Below are positions 9,628 through 21,466 of a stretch of DNA of 64,000 nucleotides, in pieces; position 1 is the first letter of the stretch, and each line of letters starts with the position of its first letter. The notes under the pieces are model-generated. The model was not told the origin of the DNA. It saw only the letters and a program-made list of their open reading frames with translations, and ran no database searches. The position numbers and the translations under genes were made by a program. Source of the DNA: Akkermansia sp. (GTDB taxonomy: Bacteria > Verrucomicrobiota > Verrucomicrobiia > Verrucomicrobiales > Akkermansiaceae); the NCBI GenBank assembly GCA_045631705.1, contig JAZQVE010000056.1, positions 718 to 64,717 on the forward strand, given 5' to 3'.

Positions 9628-11316
9628 ATGATTTTCACTCTTGTCATTGGCCTTACGCTGGCGCTGGTGCTGGGCATGCTGGCGCAGAAATTGAAGCTTT
9701 CGCCGCTGGTGGGCTATCTGGTGGCCGGAATGCTGGCAGCGCAACCCTGGTGGGGTGAGCCGGTGGATGCCCATGTGGTGGAGGATTTCTCGCACATAGG
9801 CGTGGTGCTGCTGCTCTTCGGCGTGGGTTTGCAGTTTCATATCAAGGACCTGCTGGCTGTGCAGAAAGTGGCGGTTCCTGGGGCTCTGGTGTGCATGCTC
9901 ACGGTCTCGCTGCTGGGAATGGTGGCTTTCCATTTCCTGGGGATGGGGGATGTAGCCTGGGTGAACAGCCTCATGTTCGGCCTCTGCGTGTGCGTATCCA
10001 GTACGGTAGTGCTCACCCGTGTGCTGGGGGATAACCGTGTGCTGCAGACGCCGACCGGGCACACGGCCCTGGGCTGGCTTGTGGTGGAGGATATGTTCAC
10101 CATCGTGCTGCTGGTGCTCATGCCTGCTATCTTCGGCGGGCAGGAGCTGGGGCCTGCGCTGGGCATGATGGCGGTGAAGCTGACCCTGCTCGTGGTGGTG
10201 GTTGCGCTCTTCGGGCGCAAGGTCATCAAGCAGGTGCTGACCTATATTTCGCGTCATTGTTCGGATGAGTTGTTCACCTTGGCGGTGCTGGTGTGTGCCC
10301 TGGGGATTGCTGTGCTCTCAGCCACGGTGTTCAACGCCTCCATGGAATTCGGCGCGTTCCTTTCCGGTATGGTGGTGGGGCAGAGCAAGTTTGCCAGCCG
10401 CGCGGCCAGCGATGCCTTGCCGATGCGCGATGCTTTCGCGGTGCTGTTCTTTGTATCGGTGGGCATGGGATTCCACATTGGCGGTTTGCTGGAGTACTGG
10501 CCGCTGGCACTGGCTACGCTGGCCATCTGCATGCTCGCCAAGCCCGTGATGGCGGCGCTGATGGTGAGCCTTCTGGGCAAACCCATGCGCCTGAGCCTTA
10601 TGGTAGGCGGCTCTCTTTCACAGATTGGTGAGTTCTCGTTTATCCTGGCCACTCTCATTGCTGGTACTTACCATCTGCTGCCCATGGAAGCGGTGAATGT
10701 GATTACCGGTGTGGCAATTGTCTCCATCACGCTGAATGCGGCCTTGTATCGTTTTGTGCCGCTGGCTGTGAATAAGCTGGAAGACCAGGGATTCGGTGCA
10801 AGACAGGCACAGGCGGAGCAAGTGCCCATGGTGTCAGATGACCGCTACCGGATTCTGCTGGTGGGGTATGGCCCCTGTGGTGAGCTGGTGAGCCAGGTGC
10901 TGCGCCGTCACGATATGGAGGTAGTGGTGCTGGAGATGAATGTGGATACCGTTGCCCGGCTGCATCAGGAAGGTCTGCCTGCCATCCATGGCGATGCGTC
11001 CAACCGCACCATTCTGCGCATGGCCGGGGTGGAAAAGGCCAAGGCTATCATTATTTCTTCAGCCGCGGCACCTGCCGTGCAGATTGCCTCAGCCGCGCGT
11101 GGCCTGAATCCGGATATACGCGTGGTGGCACACACCAGCTACATCCGTATTGCGCGTGCGATTGTTCAGGCTGGTGATGCACAGGCTTTTGCCGGCGAAG
11201 CCGAGGTGGCCCTTGCCATGACCAGCTACATGCTCCGCGCCCTGGGGGCCACGGATGAGCAGGTGATGCGTGAGCGTGGTGAAAATCGCGCCCGTCTGTT
11301 CGGAGAAAGCGTTTAG
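9628..11316 (+). CDS. Cation:proton antiporter-2 (YbaL/RosB/Kef family), tandem paralog copy 2
   Basis: Same motifs as copy 1. Start MIFTLVIGL at 9628 matches the paralog. Confidence 0.9.
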   Translation: MIFTLVIGLTLALVLGMLAQKLKLSPLVGYLVAGMLAAQPWWGEPVDAHVVEDFSHIGVVLLLFGVGLQFHIKDLLAVQKVAVPGALVCMLTVSLLGMVAFHFLGMGDVAWVNSLMFGLCVCVSSTVVLTRVLGDNRVLQTPTGHTALGWLVVEDMFTIVLLVLMPAIFGGQELGPALGMMAVKLTLLVVVVALFGRKVIKQVLTYISRHCSDELFTLAVLVCALGIAVLSATVFNASMEFGAFLSGMVVGQSKFASRAASDALPMRDAFAVLFFVSVGMGFHIGGLLEYWPLALATLAICMLAKPVMAALMVSLLGKPMRLSLMVGGSLSQIGEFSFILATLIAGTYHLLPMEAVNVITGVAIVSITLNAALYRFVPLAVNKLEDQGFGARQAQAEQVPMVSDDRYRILLVGYGPCGELVSQVLRRHDMEVVVLEMNVDTVARLHQEGLPAIHGDASNRTILRMAGVEKAKAIIISSAAAPAVQIASAARGLNPDIRVVAHTSYIRIARAIVQAGDAQAFAGEAEVALAMTSYMLRALGATDEQVMRERGENRARLFGESV

Positions 11317-11365
11317 CAGGGATAGGGTACATGGGATTGCCGCCCCTTGTGCCTGCAGGACCTGA

Positions 11366-11806
11366 TTACTTATCCTTCAACTCGCTGATGGCCTGCATGA
11401 GTTTGCTGTGGAGGGCGCGGAGGCGCAGCAGGAGAACAATGATGATGACTGTGACTACGGTGAGGTAGATGCAGACCGCCCAGCAGAAGAAGCGCATGGA
11501 ATCCAGGGTGCTGTTGATTTTCTTCGCTTCCAGAATGCGCTGGGTGATGATATCGCCTACCTCCTTGGCATATTCCCGGCCCTCCTGCTTGTAAGCATCC
11601 AGCAGGGCATCTGTGGCACCACCGAGAGTGAGCTTGAGTTGCTCTGCAAGAGTATTGTTGTTGCTCTGCTGCTGTCGGGGAGCTGTCGGCTGGGGTTCGC
11701 TGACAGCTTCCAGCAGTCCACCGAGTAGCTGGTTGGCATCGAATTTAGCCTCTGCAGTGGGCAGAAGTGAAAGCAGGAACACCAGGGAAAGGATGATATT
11801 CTTCAT
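11366..11806 (-). CDS. Hypothetical exported protein with C-terminal TM helix
   Basis: Signal peptide MKNIILSLVFLLSLLPTAEA, hydrophobic C-terminal helix, and a -10-like TACATT 6 nt upstream of the ATG. Confidence 0.7.
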   Translation of the reverse strand: MKNIILSLVFLLSLLPTAEAKFDANQLLGGLLEAVSEPQPTAPRQQQSNNNTLAEQLKLTLGGATDALLDAYKQEGREYAKEVGDIITQRILEAKKINSTLDSMRFFCWAVCIYLTVVTVIIIVLLLRLRALHSKLMQAISELKDK

Positions 11807-11837
11807 GGTGGCAATGTAGCATAGTTTCGGGGCTGTA

Positions 11838-12539
11838 TCAACCCCTAAAACCAAATAACCAGGCTAACAGACTGAGCGGGTGAGCCAGCAGCTCGACCGT
11901 GAGACCGACGGCCGATACACCTGCGGAGAGGGGAACATCGACCACGCAGAGAGCCCAGGTGAGCGGTCGGCGGAGCTGGTTGCCGGTGCTGCGGCGGTCG
12001 TCCAGATGCTGCAGAATCAGCGAATCGGGGCTGAAGACGTGGGTGTCCGGCATTCTGGTTGCGCCTGTCAGGTCGACGTCGTCGGCCCGCAGCAGTCGGA
12101 AGGGGCGGTTGAGCGGGCTATCGGCGGGGAGGAACTTATAGGCGGCGCTGCAATCATACCATTGTTCGGCGGTCAGTTCGGCGTAGTAGGTTTCGTGGGG
12201 CAGAGATGCCAGCGCTTCATAGTGATGATATCCGGCTGCTGTCGGGTTTTTCGGGTAATACCAGGTTCCACGCTCCATCAATGGCGTGATGCTGGAGCTC
12301 TGCAGGAGCGGTACATAGCGCTGAACGTACACCACAGGCAGCTTCACGTAGTATAAATCACCCTTGCGCCAGGTTTCGTACTCTGTTGTCCAGCAGAGCC
12401 AGGAGCTGACGGCGTCCTTCACCTGCTGGCGCTTCACCTCGGGGTGTTCGTGTCCGATATTGTCCACAAAGCTGCCGGAGTTCACAATGGTGCAGGAACA
12501 GAGCAGCAGCGTTGCCAGCAGGTGGGCGATTCGCTTCAT
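11838..12539 (-). CDS. Hypothetical lipoprotein
   Basis: Lipobox-like MKRIAHLLATLLLCSC. Promoter TTGCCC...TAGACT lies just upstream. Confidence 0.7.
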   Translation of the reverse strand: MKRIAHLLATLLLCSCTIVNSGSFVDNIGHEHPEVKRQQVKDAVSSWLCWTTEYETWRKGDLYYVKLPVVYVQRYVPLLQSSSITPLMERGTWYYPKNPTAAGYHHYEALASLPHETYYAELTAEQWYDCSAAYKFLPADSPLNRPFRLLRADDVDLTGATRMPDTHVFSPDSLILQHLDDRRSTGNQLRRPLTWALCVVDVPLSAGVSAVGLTVELLAHPLSLLAWLFGFRG

Positions 12540-12575
12540 GCCGCCAGTCTAGCATACCCCGGCCTGCCGGGGCAA

Positions 12576-12602
12576 GAAAAAAGCCCCGCGTGCAGCGGGG
12601 CT
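12576..12602 (-). terminator. Terminator of mpl
   Basis: AGCCCCGC-TGCAC-GCGGGGCT followed by a T run on the minus strand. Confidence 0.7.
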
Positions 12603-12609
12603 GGAAATC

Positions 12610-14052
12610 TTACTGAGCCAGGGCTATCAGCAGCTTGTTGTGGATGCCGCCGAAGCCGCCGTTGCTCATGACGAGCAGCACATCGTTCGGGTGCACGTGG
12701 GTGACCACATAGGCCACGATGTCGTCCACATTCTTGCCCACGTAGGCATCGGTGCCGGCCTCGCGGATATCGGCCAGGAGCTTTTCCTGGTCCAGACGCT
12801 CCTCGGGAGCCAGGCGCTTCGTGTTCTCAATGGGGGAGATGACAGCGAAGTCTGCATCGGAAAGGGCGGTGGCCAGTTCGCTCTGGAAGAGGTTGCGGAT
12901 GGTGGTGTTGCTGCGGGGTTCGAACAACACCCACAGGCGGCTCTTCGGGAAACGTTGGCGCAGCCCGGCAATGGCCTGGCGGATGGCGGTGGGGTGGTGA
13001 GCGAAGTCATCCACCACGGTGACGCCGTTTACGGTGCCTCGGATTTCCTGGCGGCGTGCCACGCCCTCGAAGCTGGACAATGCGCTGCGGATTTCCTCTG
13101 CGCTCAGCCCGGCAAAGGCGGCAGCGCAGGCGGCCATGGCGGCGTTGCGCACGTTGAAATCGCCAATCATGGGCACGTTGAAGGATTCGCCGCAGAGGGG
13201 GCAGGGGGCTGTTTCCTCGCCTTCGGGGGCGGGTTTGCAGGAAAGGGTGAAGCCGGAGCCATCCGTGCGGTATTCCAGGTTGGTGATGCGTATGTCGGCA
13301 TCCTCTGCCATACCTACGCTCACCATCTTTACCATCTTGAGTTCTTCTGCAGCATAGGCGCGCACATCGGCGCAGTTCGGGCAGTCTGCATTGATGAAGA
13401 CGATGCCGTTGCGTGGCACCACGCGCAGCAGGCGTTTGAAGGAAAGCTTGATTTCCTCCACGTTGGCATAAATGTCGGCATGGTCCATCTCGATATTGTT
13501 GATGATGACCACCTCGGGCAGGTAGTGGAGGAACTTGGAACGTTTGTCGAAGAAAGAGGTGTCGTATTCATCGCCCTCCAGCACGCAGAAGGGGGAATCG
13601 GTGAAGCGGCCGCCGCGACCCAGGTTGCGGGCAATGCCGCCAATCATGAAGCTGGGGTTGTGGCCGTTGGCTTCCAGCATCCAGGCCAGCATGGAGGTCG
13701 TGGTGGTTTTGCCGTGCGTGCCGGTCACGACCAGGTTACGCTTGCCCCACAGGAAGAATTCCTTCATGGTTTCCGGCAGACTCATGTAGCGCAGGCGGGA
13801 ATCCAGTACGGCCTCCACCTCGATATTACCGCGGCTCATGGCATTGCCGATAACCACCAGGTCGGTATCAGCGGGGATGTTGGCGGGGTTGTAGCCCTGG
13901 AAAATCTGAATGCCCTCATTCTCGAGGAAGGTGGACATGGGCGGGTACACATTGGCATCTGTGCCGGTTACCACGTAGCCCTGACGTGCCATGGCTGATG
14001 CAACTGCACCCATGGCGGTGCCACAAATTCCGAGAAAGTGAACGTGTTTCAT
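12610..14052 (-). CDS. mpl: UDP-N-acetylmuramate:L-alanyl-gamma-D-glutamyl-meso-diaminopimelate ligase
   Basis: Motifs GICGTAMG, GTHGKTTT, EGDEYD..FFDKRSKF, DDFAHHPTAI, FEPRSNT and MSNGGFGG. Confidence 0.92.
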   Translation of the reverse strand: MKHVHFLGICGTAMGAVASAMARQGYVVTGTDANVYPPMSTFLENEGIQIFQGYNPANIPADTDLVVIGNAMSRGNIEVEAVLDSRLRYMSLPETMKEFFLWGKRNLVVTGTHGKTTTTSMLAWMLEANGHNPSFMIGGIARNLGRGGRFTDSPFCVLEGDEYDTSFFDKRSKFLHYLPEVVIINNIEMDHADIYANVEEIKLSFKRLLRVVPRNGIVFINADCPNCADVRAYAAEELKMVKMVSVGMAEDADIRITNLEYRTDGSGFTLSCKPAPEGEETAPCPLCGESFNVPMIGDFNVRNAAMAACAAAFAGLSAEEIRSALSSFEGVARRQEIRGTVNGVTVVDDFAHHPTAIRQAIAGLRQRFPKSRLWVLFEPRSNTTIRNLFQSELATALSDADFAVISPIENTKRLAPEERLDQEKLLADIREAGTDAYVGKNVDDIVAYVVTHVHPNDVLLVMSNGGFGGIHNKLLIALAQ

Positions 14053-14290
14053 ATGGTTCCTGAACGCTTCGTAGAAGTGGAGTAGAGGTTATATCATCTT
14101 CTTATGCAATGCAAGTATTTTTTAGGGCATGATGGACGGATGCCGGAAGTGGACGAATTTTGTAGAAAATGCCGCAGAATAGGCTTGAAATGCGTTGATG
14201 GGTGTGGATAGGGCAGAAGCCCAGAATGAGGGCTGCACGCTTTATAGATACCGTGTGACGCAAAATTTAAGAAAATGACGCACTATATTA

Positions 14291-16888
<2,598 letters not shown>

Positions 16889-16910
16889 CCCCTGACTTTT
16901 CATCCTGATT

Positions 16911-19508
16911 ATGAGCGAAACAAGAATTCGTCCCGTCGACGTGGCTGAGGAGGTATCCCGCAGCTTCCTGGATTACTCCATGTCGGTGATTATCTCCCGC
17001 GCCCTGCCGGACGCCCGCGACGGTCTCAAGCCCTCCCAGCGCCGCGTGCTGTACGCCATGCACGAGCTTGGTCTGGTGCCCAGTAAGGGCACAATCAAGT
17101 GTGGTAAAATCGTGGGTGACACCATCGGTAACTACCACCCGCACGGTGACCAGTCCGCCTACGGTACGCTGGTGACCATGGCCCAGCCCTGGAACATGCG
17201 CGATGTGCTGGTGCAGGGGCAGGGTAACTTCGGTACGCCGGAAGGTGACCCGCCCGCAGCCATGCGATACACCGAGGCCAAGCTGAGCCACCTGGGTGTG
17301 GCCCTGATGGACGACCTGGACAAGGATACGGTGGATTTCCAGCCGAACTACGACAACCGACTCACGGAACCCGTGGTGTTCCCCTCTGCTTTCCCGAACC
17401 TGCTGGTGAACGGTGGTACGGGTATTGCCGTGGGTATGGCCACCAATATGGCCCCGCATAATCTGGGCGAAGTGGTGGACGGCATCTGCGCCTACATTGA
17501 TAATCCTCTCATCACCGCCGAGGCTCTGCGTGCCTATATCAAGGGCCCGGACTTCCCCACGGGTGGTTATGTGCTGGGTTACAAGGGTATCGACAGCTAC
17601 TTCCGCACGGGCCGCGGCAGCGTGCGCATGCGCGGTAAGATGGAGGTGGTGACCAATGAGAATGGTCGTGAGTTCATCCACATCTCCGATGTGCCCTATG
17701 GTGTGAACCGCGCTGTGCTGCAGGAGCGTATCGCCGAGCTGGTGCGTGATAAGATTATCACCGATATCGCCGGTATGCGCGACCTGACGGACTACATCGA
17801 AATCGAGCTCAAGCGCGATGCCCGTCCGCAGGTGGTCATCAACCAGCTGTACAAGCTCACCAGCATGGAGACATCCTTCTCCGTGAACATGCTGGCCATT
17901 CACGAGGGACGCCCGAAGGTACTCACCATGAAGGATGCCATCAACTTCTACGTCGAACACCGCCGCGAGGTGGTGGTGCGCCGCACGAAGTTCCTGCTCC
18001 GCAAGGCTGAGGACCGCGCCGAGGTGTTGGAGGCCTACCTCATCGCCCTGGCGAATATGGATGAGTTCATCCGCATCATCCGCGACTCCAAGAACCGCGA
18101 GGACGCCCGCAACCGACTGATGCAGTTCAGCTTCCCCGTGGAGCTGGCCAAGGGGCTCGGCATCCTCATTCACAGCCAGCCCTCCGTGCAGGGTGACAAG
18201 TACATCTTCACCGAGCGCCAGGTGAACGCCATCCTTGAACTCCGCCTCTACCAGCTCACTGCTCTGGAAAATGACAAGATTTCCGACGAGTACAAGAAGC
18301 TGCTCGAGCTCATCGAGGACTATCTGGACATTCTGGCCAACGAGAGCCGCGTGCTCGGCATTGTGAAGGACGAGCTGCGCGCCATCAAGGAGAAGTACGC
18401 CACCCCGCGTATGACCCACATCATTCCCTTCGAGGGCGACATGGCCATTGAGGACCTTATCCCCAATGACTCCATGATTGTGACCATATCCCACAGCGGC
18501 TACATCAAGCGCACGAACTCTGATGAGTACCGCCTGCAGGCCCGCGGCGGCAAGGGTATCAAGGCCGCCACGACCAAGAGCAAGAAGGATGCCAACGACT
18601 TCGTGGAGCACCTTTTCGCCGCTCAGAATCACGACTACATCATGTTCTTTACGAACACCGGCCGTGTGTATGTGGAGCGCGTGTACGAGATTGACGAGGC
18701 CGCCCGCAGTGCCCAGGGGCGCTCCATCAAGAACCTGCTGGATATGCAGGCTGATGAGCGCATCGCCGCTATTCTGCGACTCGAGCGCCGCGTGAGCGAG
18801 GACGGCAAGGATATCACCTTTGCCGAGGATTCCGGCAACGTCGTGTTCGCCACCAAGGACGGCACGGTGAAGAAGACCGCCCTCAATGACTTCGTGAACT
18901 ACCGCAAGGCCGGTATCATCGCCATTAACCTGGAGGAGGGTAATTCCCTGGTGAACGCTGCCCTTACCTCCGGCAGCGATGAGGTGGTGCTCGTCACGCA
19001 CGATGGTATGAGCATCCGCTTCAGGGAAGAGGATATGCGTACGCAGGGCCGCAACACCATCGGTGTGCGTGGTATCAAGCTGCGCGAGGGCGACTACGTG
19101 GTGGCCCTGGCCGTGGTGCAGGATGATGCCCACCTCCTCGTGGTGTCCGAGAACGGTCTCGGCAAGCGCACGGTGTTCGATGAATACCGTCCGCAGACCC
19201 GTGGTGGTATCGGTATCAAGACCATGAACTGCACGGATAAGACCGGTCGCGTGGTGTCCGCCACCACCGTGACAGATGCCGATGAACTCATGATCATGAC
19301 CACCGGTGGTCAGTCCGTGCGCATGAAGGTGAACACCATCCGCGAGACCGGCCGCGCCGCCCAGGGTGGGAAGCTCGTCACCCTCGACGGCAAGGAAACC
19401 ATCCAGGAAATCACTCTTGTTATCCCCGATGACGATGAGGATGACTCCCCCGAGTCCGAGGATGCTGACTCCACCACCACCGATGAAGCAGAAGCTCCGC
19501 AGGAGTAA
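16911..19508 (+). CDS. gyrA: DNA gyrase subunit A
   Basis: Motifs RALPDARDGLKP, YHPHGD and AAMRYTE, GyrA-box QARGGKG, pinwheel repeats and an acidic tail. Confidence 0.98.
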   Translation: MSETRIRPVDVAEEVSRSFLDYSMSVIISRALPDARDGLKPSQRRVLYAMHELGLVPSKGTIKCGKIVGDTIGNYHPHGDQSAYGTLVTMAQPWNMRDVLVQGQGNFGTPEGDPPAAMRYTEAKLSHLGVALMDDLDKDTVDFQPNYDNRLTEPVVFPSAFPNLLVNGGTGIAVGMATNMAPHNLGEVVDGICAYIDNPLITAEALRAYIKGPDFPTGGYVLGYKGIDSYFRTGRGSVRMRGKMEVVTNENGREFIHISDVPYGVNRAVLQERIAELVRDKIITDIAGMRDLTDYIEIELKRDARPQVVINQLYKLTSMETSFSVNMLAIHEGRPKVLTMKDAINFYVEHRREVVVRRTKFLLRKAEDRAEVLEAYLIALANMDEFIRIIRDSKNREDARNRLMQFSFPVELAKGLGILIHSQPSVQGDKYIFTERQVNAILELRLYQLTALENDKISDEYKKLLELIEDYLDILANESRVLGIVKDELRAIKEKYATPRMTHIIPFEGDMAIEDLIPNDSMIVTISHSGYIKRTNSDEYRLQARGGKGIKAATTKSKKDANDFVEHLFAAQNHDYIMFFTNTGRVYVERVYEIDEAARSAQGRSIKNLLDMQADERIAAILRLERRVSEDGKDITFAEDSGNVVFATKDGTVKKTALNDFVNYRKAGIIAINLEEGNSLVNAALTSGSDEVVLVTHDGMSIRFREEDMRTQGRNTIGVRGIKLREGDYVVALAVVQDDAHLLVVSENGLGKRTVFDEYRPQTRGGIGIKTMNCTDKTGRVVSATTVTDADELMIMTTGGQSVRMKVNTIRETGRAAQGGKLVTLDGKETIQEITLVIPDDDEDDSPESEDADSTTTDEAEAPQE

Positions 19509-19541
19509 AGCCTCATACGTCTCATAAATAACTCATAAGTA

Positions 19542-19584
19542 TCACCCCACCTGCCACACCCGGCAGGTGGGGTGAAGTGTTTTT
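19542..19584 (+). terminator. Terminator of gyrBA
   Basis: TCACCCCACCTGCC-loop-GGCAGGTGGGGTGA followed by GTGTTTTT. Confidence 0.8.
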
Positions 19585-19649
19585 CTGCGTAACCGGGGGG
19601 ATATCCTGCTGCCTTGACAGGGCAGACGGGTGCGGGTAGAATAATGCCC

Positions 19650-20264
19650 ATGAAGAAGTGGGTGACAGTTTCCGTTGTATTGGTTTGCCTGGGGCTGACA
19701 GGGTGTCTGCAGACAGTGAGTCAGCAGCGGGTGGCTGAACTTGTGGAAAGAGTGCCGAAATTTGACGCAGATGCCCGCTACGCGGCGTATCTGGCGGAGC
19801 ATGGAGACTCTGCCCGGAAGCTGCGCAAAGCGGCTGCAGAGGCGGTCTCAATGCGCATCTACATTCACGGATATGGGGATGTGAAGGAATATCTGCCGCT
19901 GACGGAAGATGAGGTGCAGGAGGTGAAGGCAATTCTGGCCGGGGTGGAGAATACGCCGACGCATGATTTTGAGCTGTGGCTGGAGATGGAATATGATTTG
20001 CAGCTGGGACCGCAGCCGGCACCGCCGCCTTATTGGGATTGCCTGGAGTTTGTATCGGCCCAGGGTGAGGTGCTGCATTCGTTCTACGGCTATGATGGAA
20101 GGATGGGTGATACCGCAAGGGCAGAAGAGTATCGCCTGAACAGGTATTCGCCCTCCTACATGCTGCCGGGGGATGGGGCAGTGCGCTGGAAAGCGCTTCC
20201 TTTCCGGAAGCGGGCTGCCGACAGGATGAATGCGCTGTATCGGAGCCTCCGGGAGAGCAGGTGA
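19650..20264 (+). CDS. Hypothetical lipoprotein
   Basis: Lipobox LGLTGC. Promoter TTGACA-17-TAGAAT (19614-19642) ends 7 nt before the ATG. Confidence 0.75.
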   Translation: MKKWVTVSVVLVCLGLTGCLQTVSQQRVAELVERVPKFDADARYAAYLAEHGDSARKLRKAAAEAVSMRIYIHGYGDVKEYLPLTEDEVQEVKAILAGVENTPTHDFELWLEMEYDLQLGPQPAPPPYWDCLEFVSAQGEVLHSFYGYDGRMGDTARAEEYRLNRYSPSYMLPGDGAVRWKALPFRKRAADRMNALYRSLRESR

Positions 20265-20269
20265 GGAAA

Positions 20270-20304
20270 TTGACGATTGACTAACGACAATTGCCGATTG
20301 AAGA
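20270..20304 (+). repeat. Heptamer tandem array (TTGACNA-like, 5 units)
   Basis: ttgacga ttgacta acgacaa ttgccga ttgaaga. Confidence 0.7.
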
Positions 20305-20398
20305 AATCCGGCGGGCAAGGCTTGCGGAACTGAAGATAAAAAGAAGCCCCGGTTCCTGAGTGAACCGGGGCGGTAAATCAAATGGGGAACAGAGGGCG

Positions 20399-21241
20399 TT
20401 ATTCTGCCTGCTGCGGAGCTTTCTTTTTGGCGTAGCGGGCGAGAACGGCCATGCCGCCCTTGTAGTAGGGGTGCACAAAGTCCACCTTTTCCTGGCGGGC
20501 AGGAGTAATGGACATACAGCCGCCGACGAGGTCGGCCTTGCCATCCTGCAGGGCCGAGAGGAGCTCTGCAAAGTTCATGAAGACATATTCCACCTTCATG
20601 TTGAGCTCATAGGCAACGCGGTTGATGACCTCAATATCCATGCCCAGCAGTTCGTTGTAGGCCTGGTAGGCCATGGGAACCTGGGTGGGGTCGGTGGCGT
20701 AGCGGATGGTGCCGGCGCTGCCGTCGTAATCCTCCTTGTGGGTCCATTCCGTGATGTGGCGGTTCTGGTCGATGGATTTGCACCATTTTTCCTTGAATTT
20801 GTTCAGTTCGCCGTTCTGCTCCAGTTGCTGGATGACGGCACTGATTCGGGCGTTGAGCGGGTCGCCCTTGCGCGTGGCAAAAGAGTAATTGTCATCCGCA
20901 TAGGTGAAGGCGACATAGAGTTCCTCCGGGTAATAGGCGGCCCAGAGCTGTGCAATGGGTTCGTCTTCCAGTACGGCGTCAATCTTGCCCTCGCGCAGTG
21001 ACTGCACAATGACGCGGATGTAGTCATTCGGCTTGTATTCGGCAATGGCAGGCTGCATGGATTTCAGCACATCAGGGAACATGCTGCCAGTCAGATAGGA
21101 GACCCGCTTACCTGCCAGATCTGCGAGAGTGTGGATTTCTGCCCGCTGCTCTGAGTCAGAGGAGTCACAGCAGCTGCACAGCCCGGCAAGTGAGAAGAGT
21201 CCTAACAGTATAGAAGAGAGAAAAGATTTGATTCTTAACAT
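20399..21241 (-). CDS. Orphan amino-acid ABC transporter substrate-binding lipoprotein (SBP family 3), halves in permuted order
   Basis: DLAGKRV...GKIDAV...YSFATRKGD...KW comes before GMDIEV...GKADL...ITPARQEKVDF..PY. Confidence 0.85.
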   Translation of the reverse strand: MLRIKSFLSSILLGLFSLAGLCSCCDSSDSEQRAEIHTLADLAGKRVSYLTGSMFPDVLKSMQPAIAEYKPNDYIRVIVQSLREGKIDAVLEDEPIAQLWAAYYPEELYVAFTYADDNYSFATRKGDPLNARISAVIQQLEQNGELNKFKEKWCKSIDQNRHITEWTHKEDYDGSAGTIRYATDPTQVPMAYQAYNELLGMDIEVINRVAYELNMKVEYVFMNFAELLSALQDGKADLVGGCMSITPARQEKVDFVHPYYKGGMAVLARYAKKKAPQQAE

Positions 21242-21466
21242 ATGCCCACATCTTAACGAATATGGGTGGATAAGTCAAACGGTTTCTGATGCATATGAAG
21301 TAAATTCAAAGCTCCAAATACTACATCCCGATAAGTCACATATGCCGTTTTTCTCAGAAGCCTGCCACCCGTTCAAAATGTGGCGAAACCGCCACATGGT
21401 ATGTGGCGGAGAGTTCACAGTAGAAAGCGTGCGGATGGCAGGGGTAGTGTGGTAGAGTAGGGGCAT

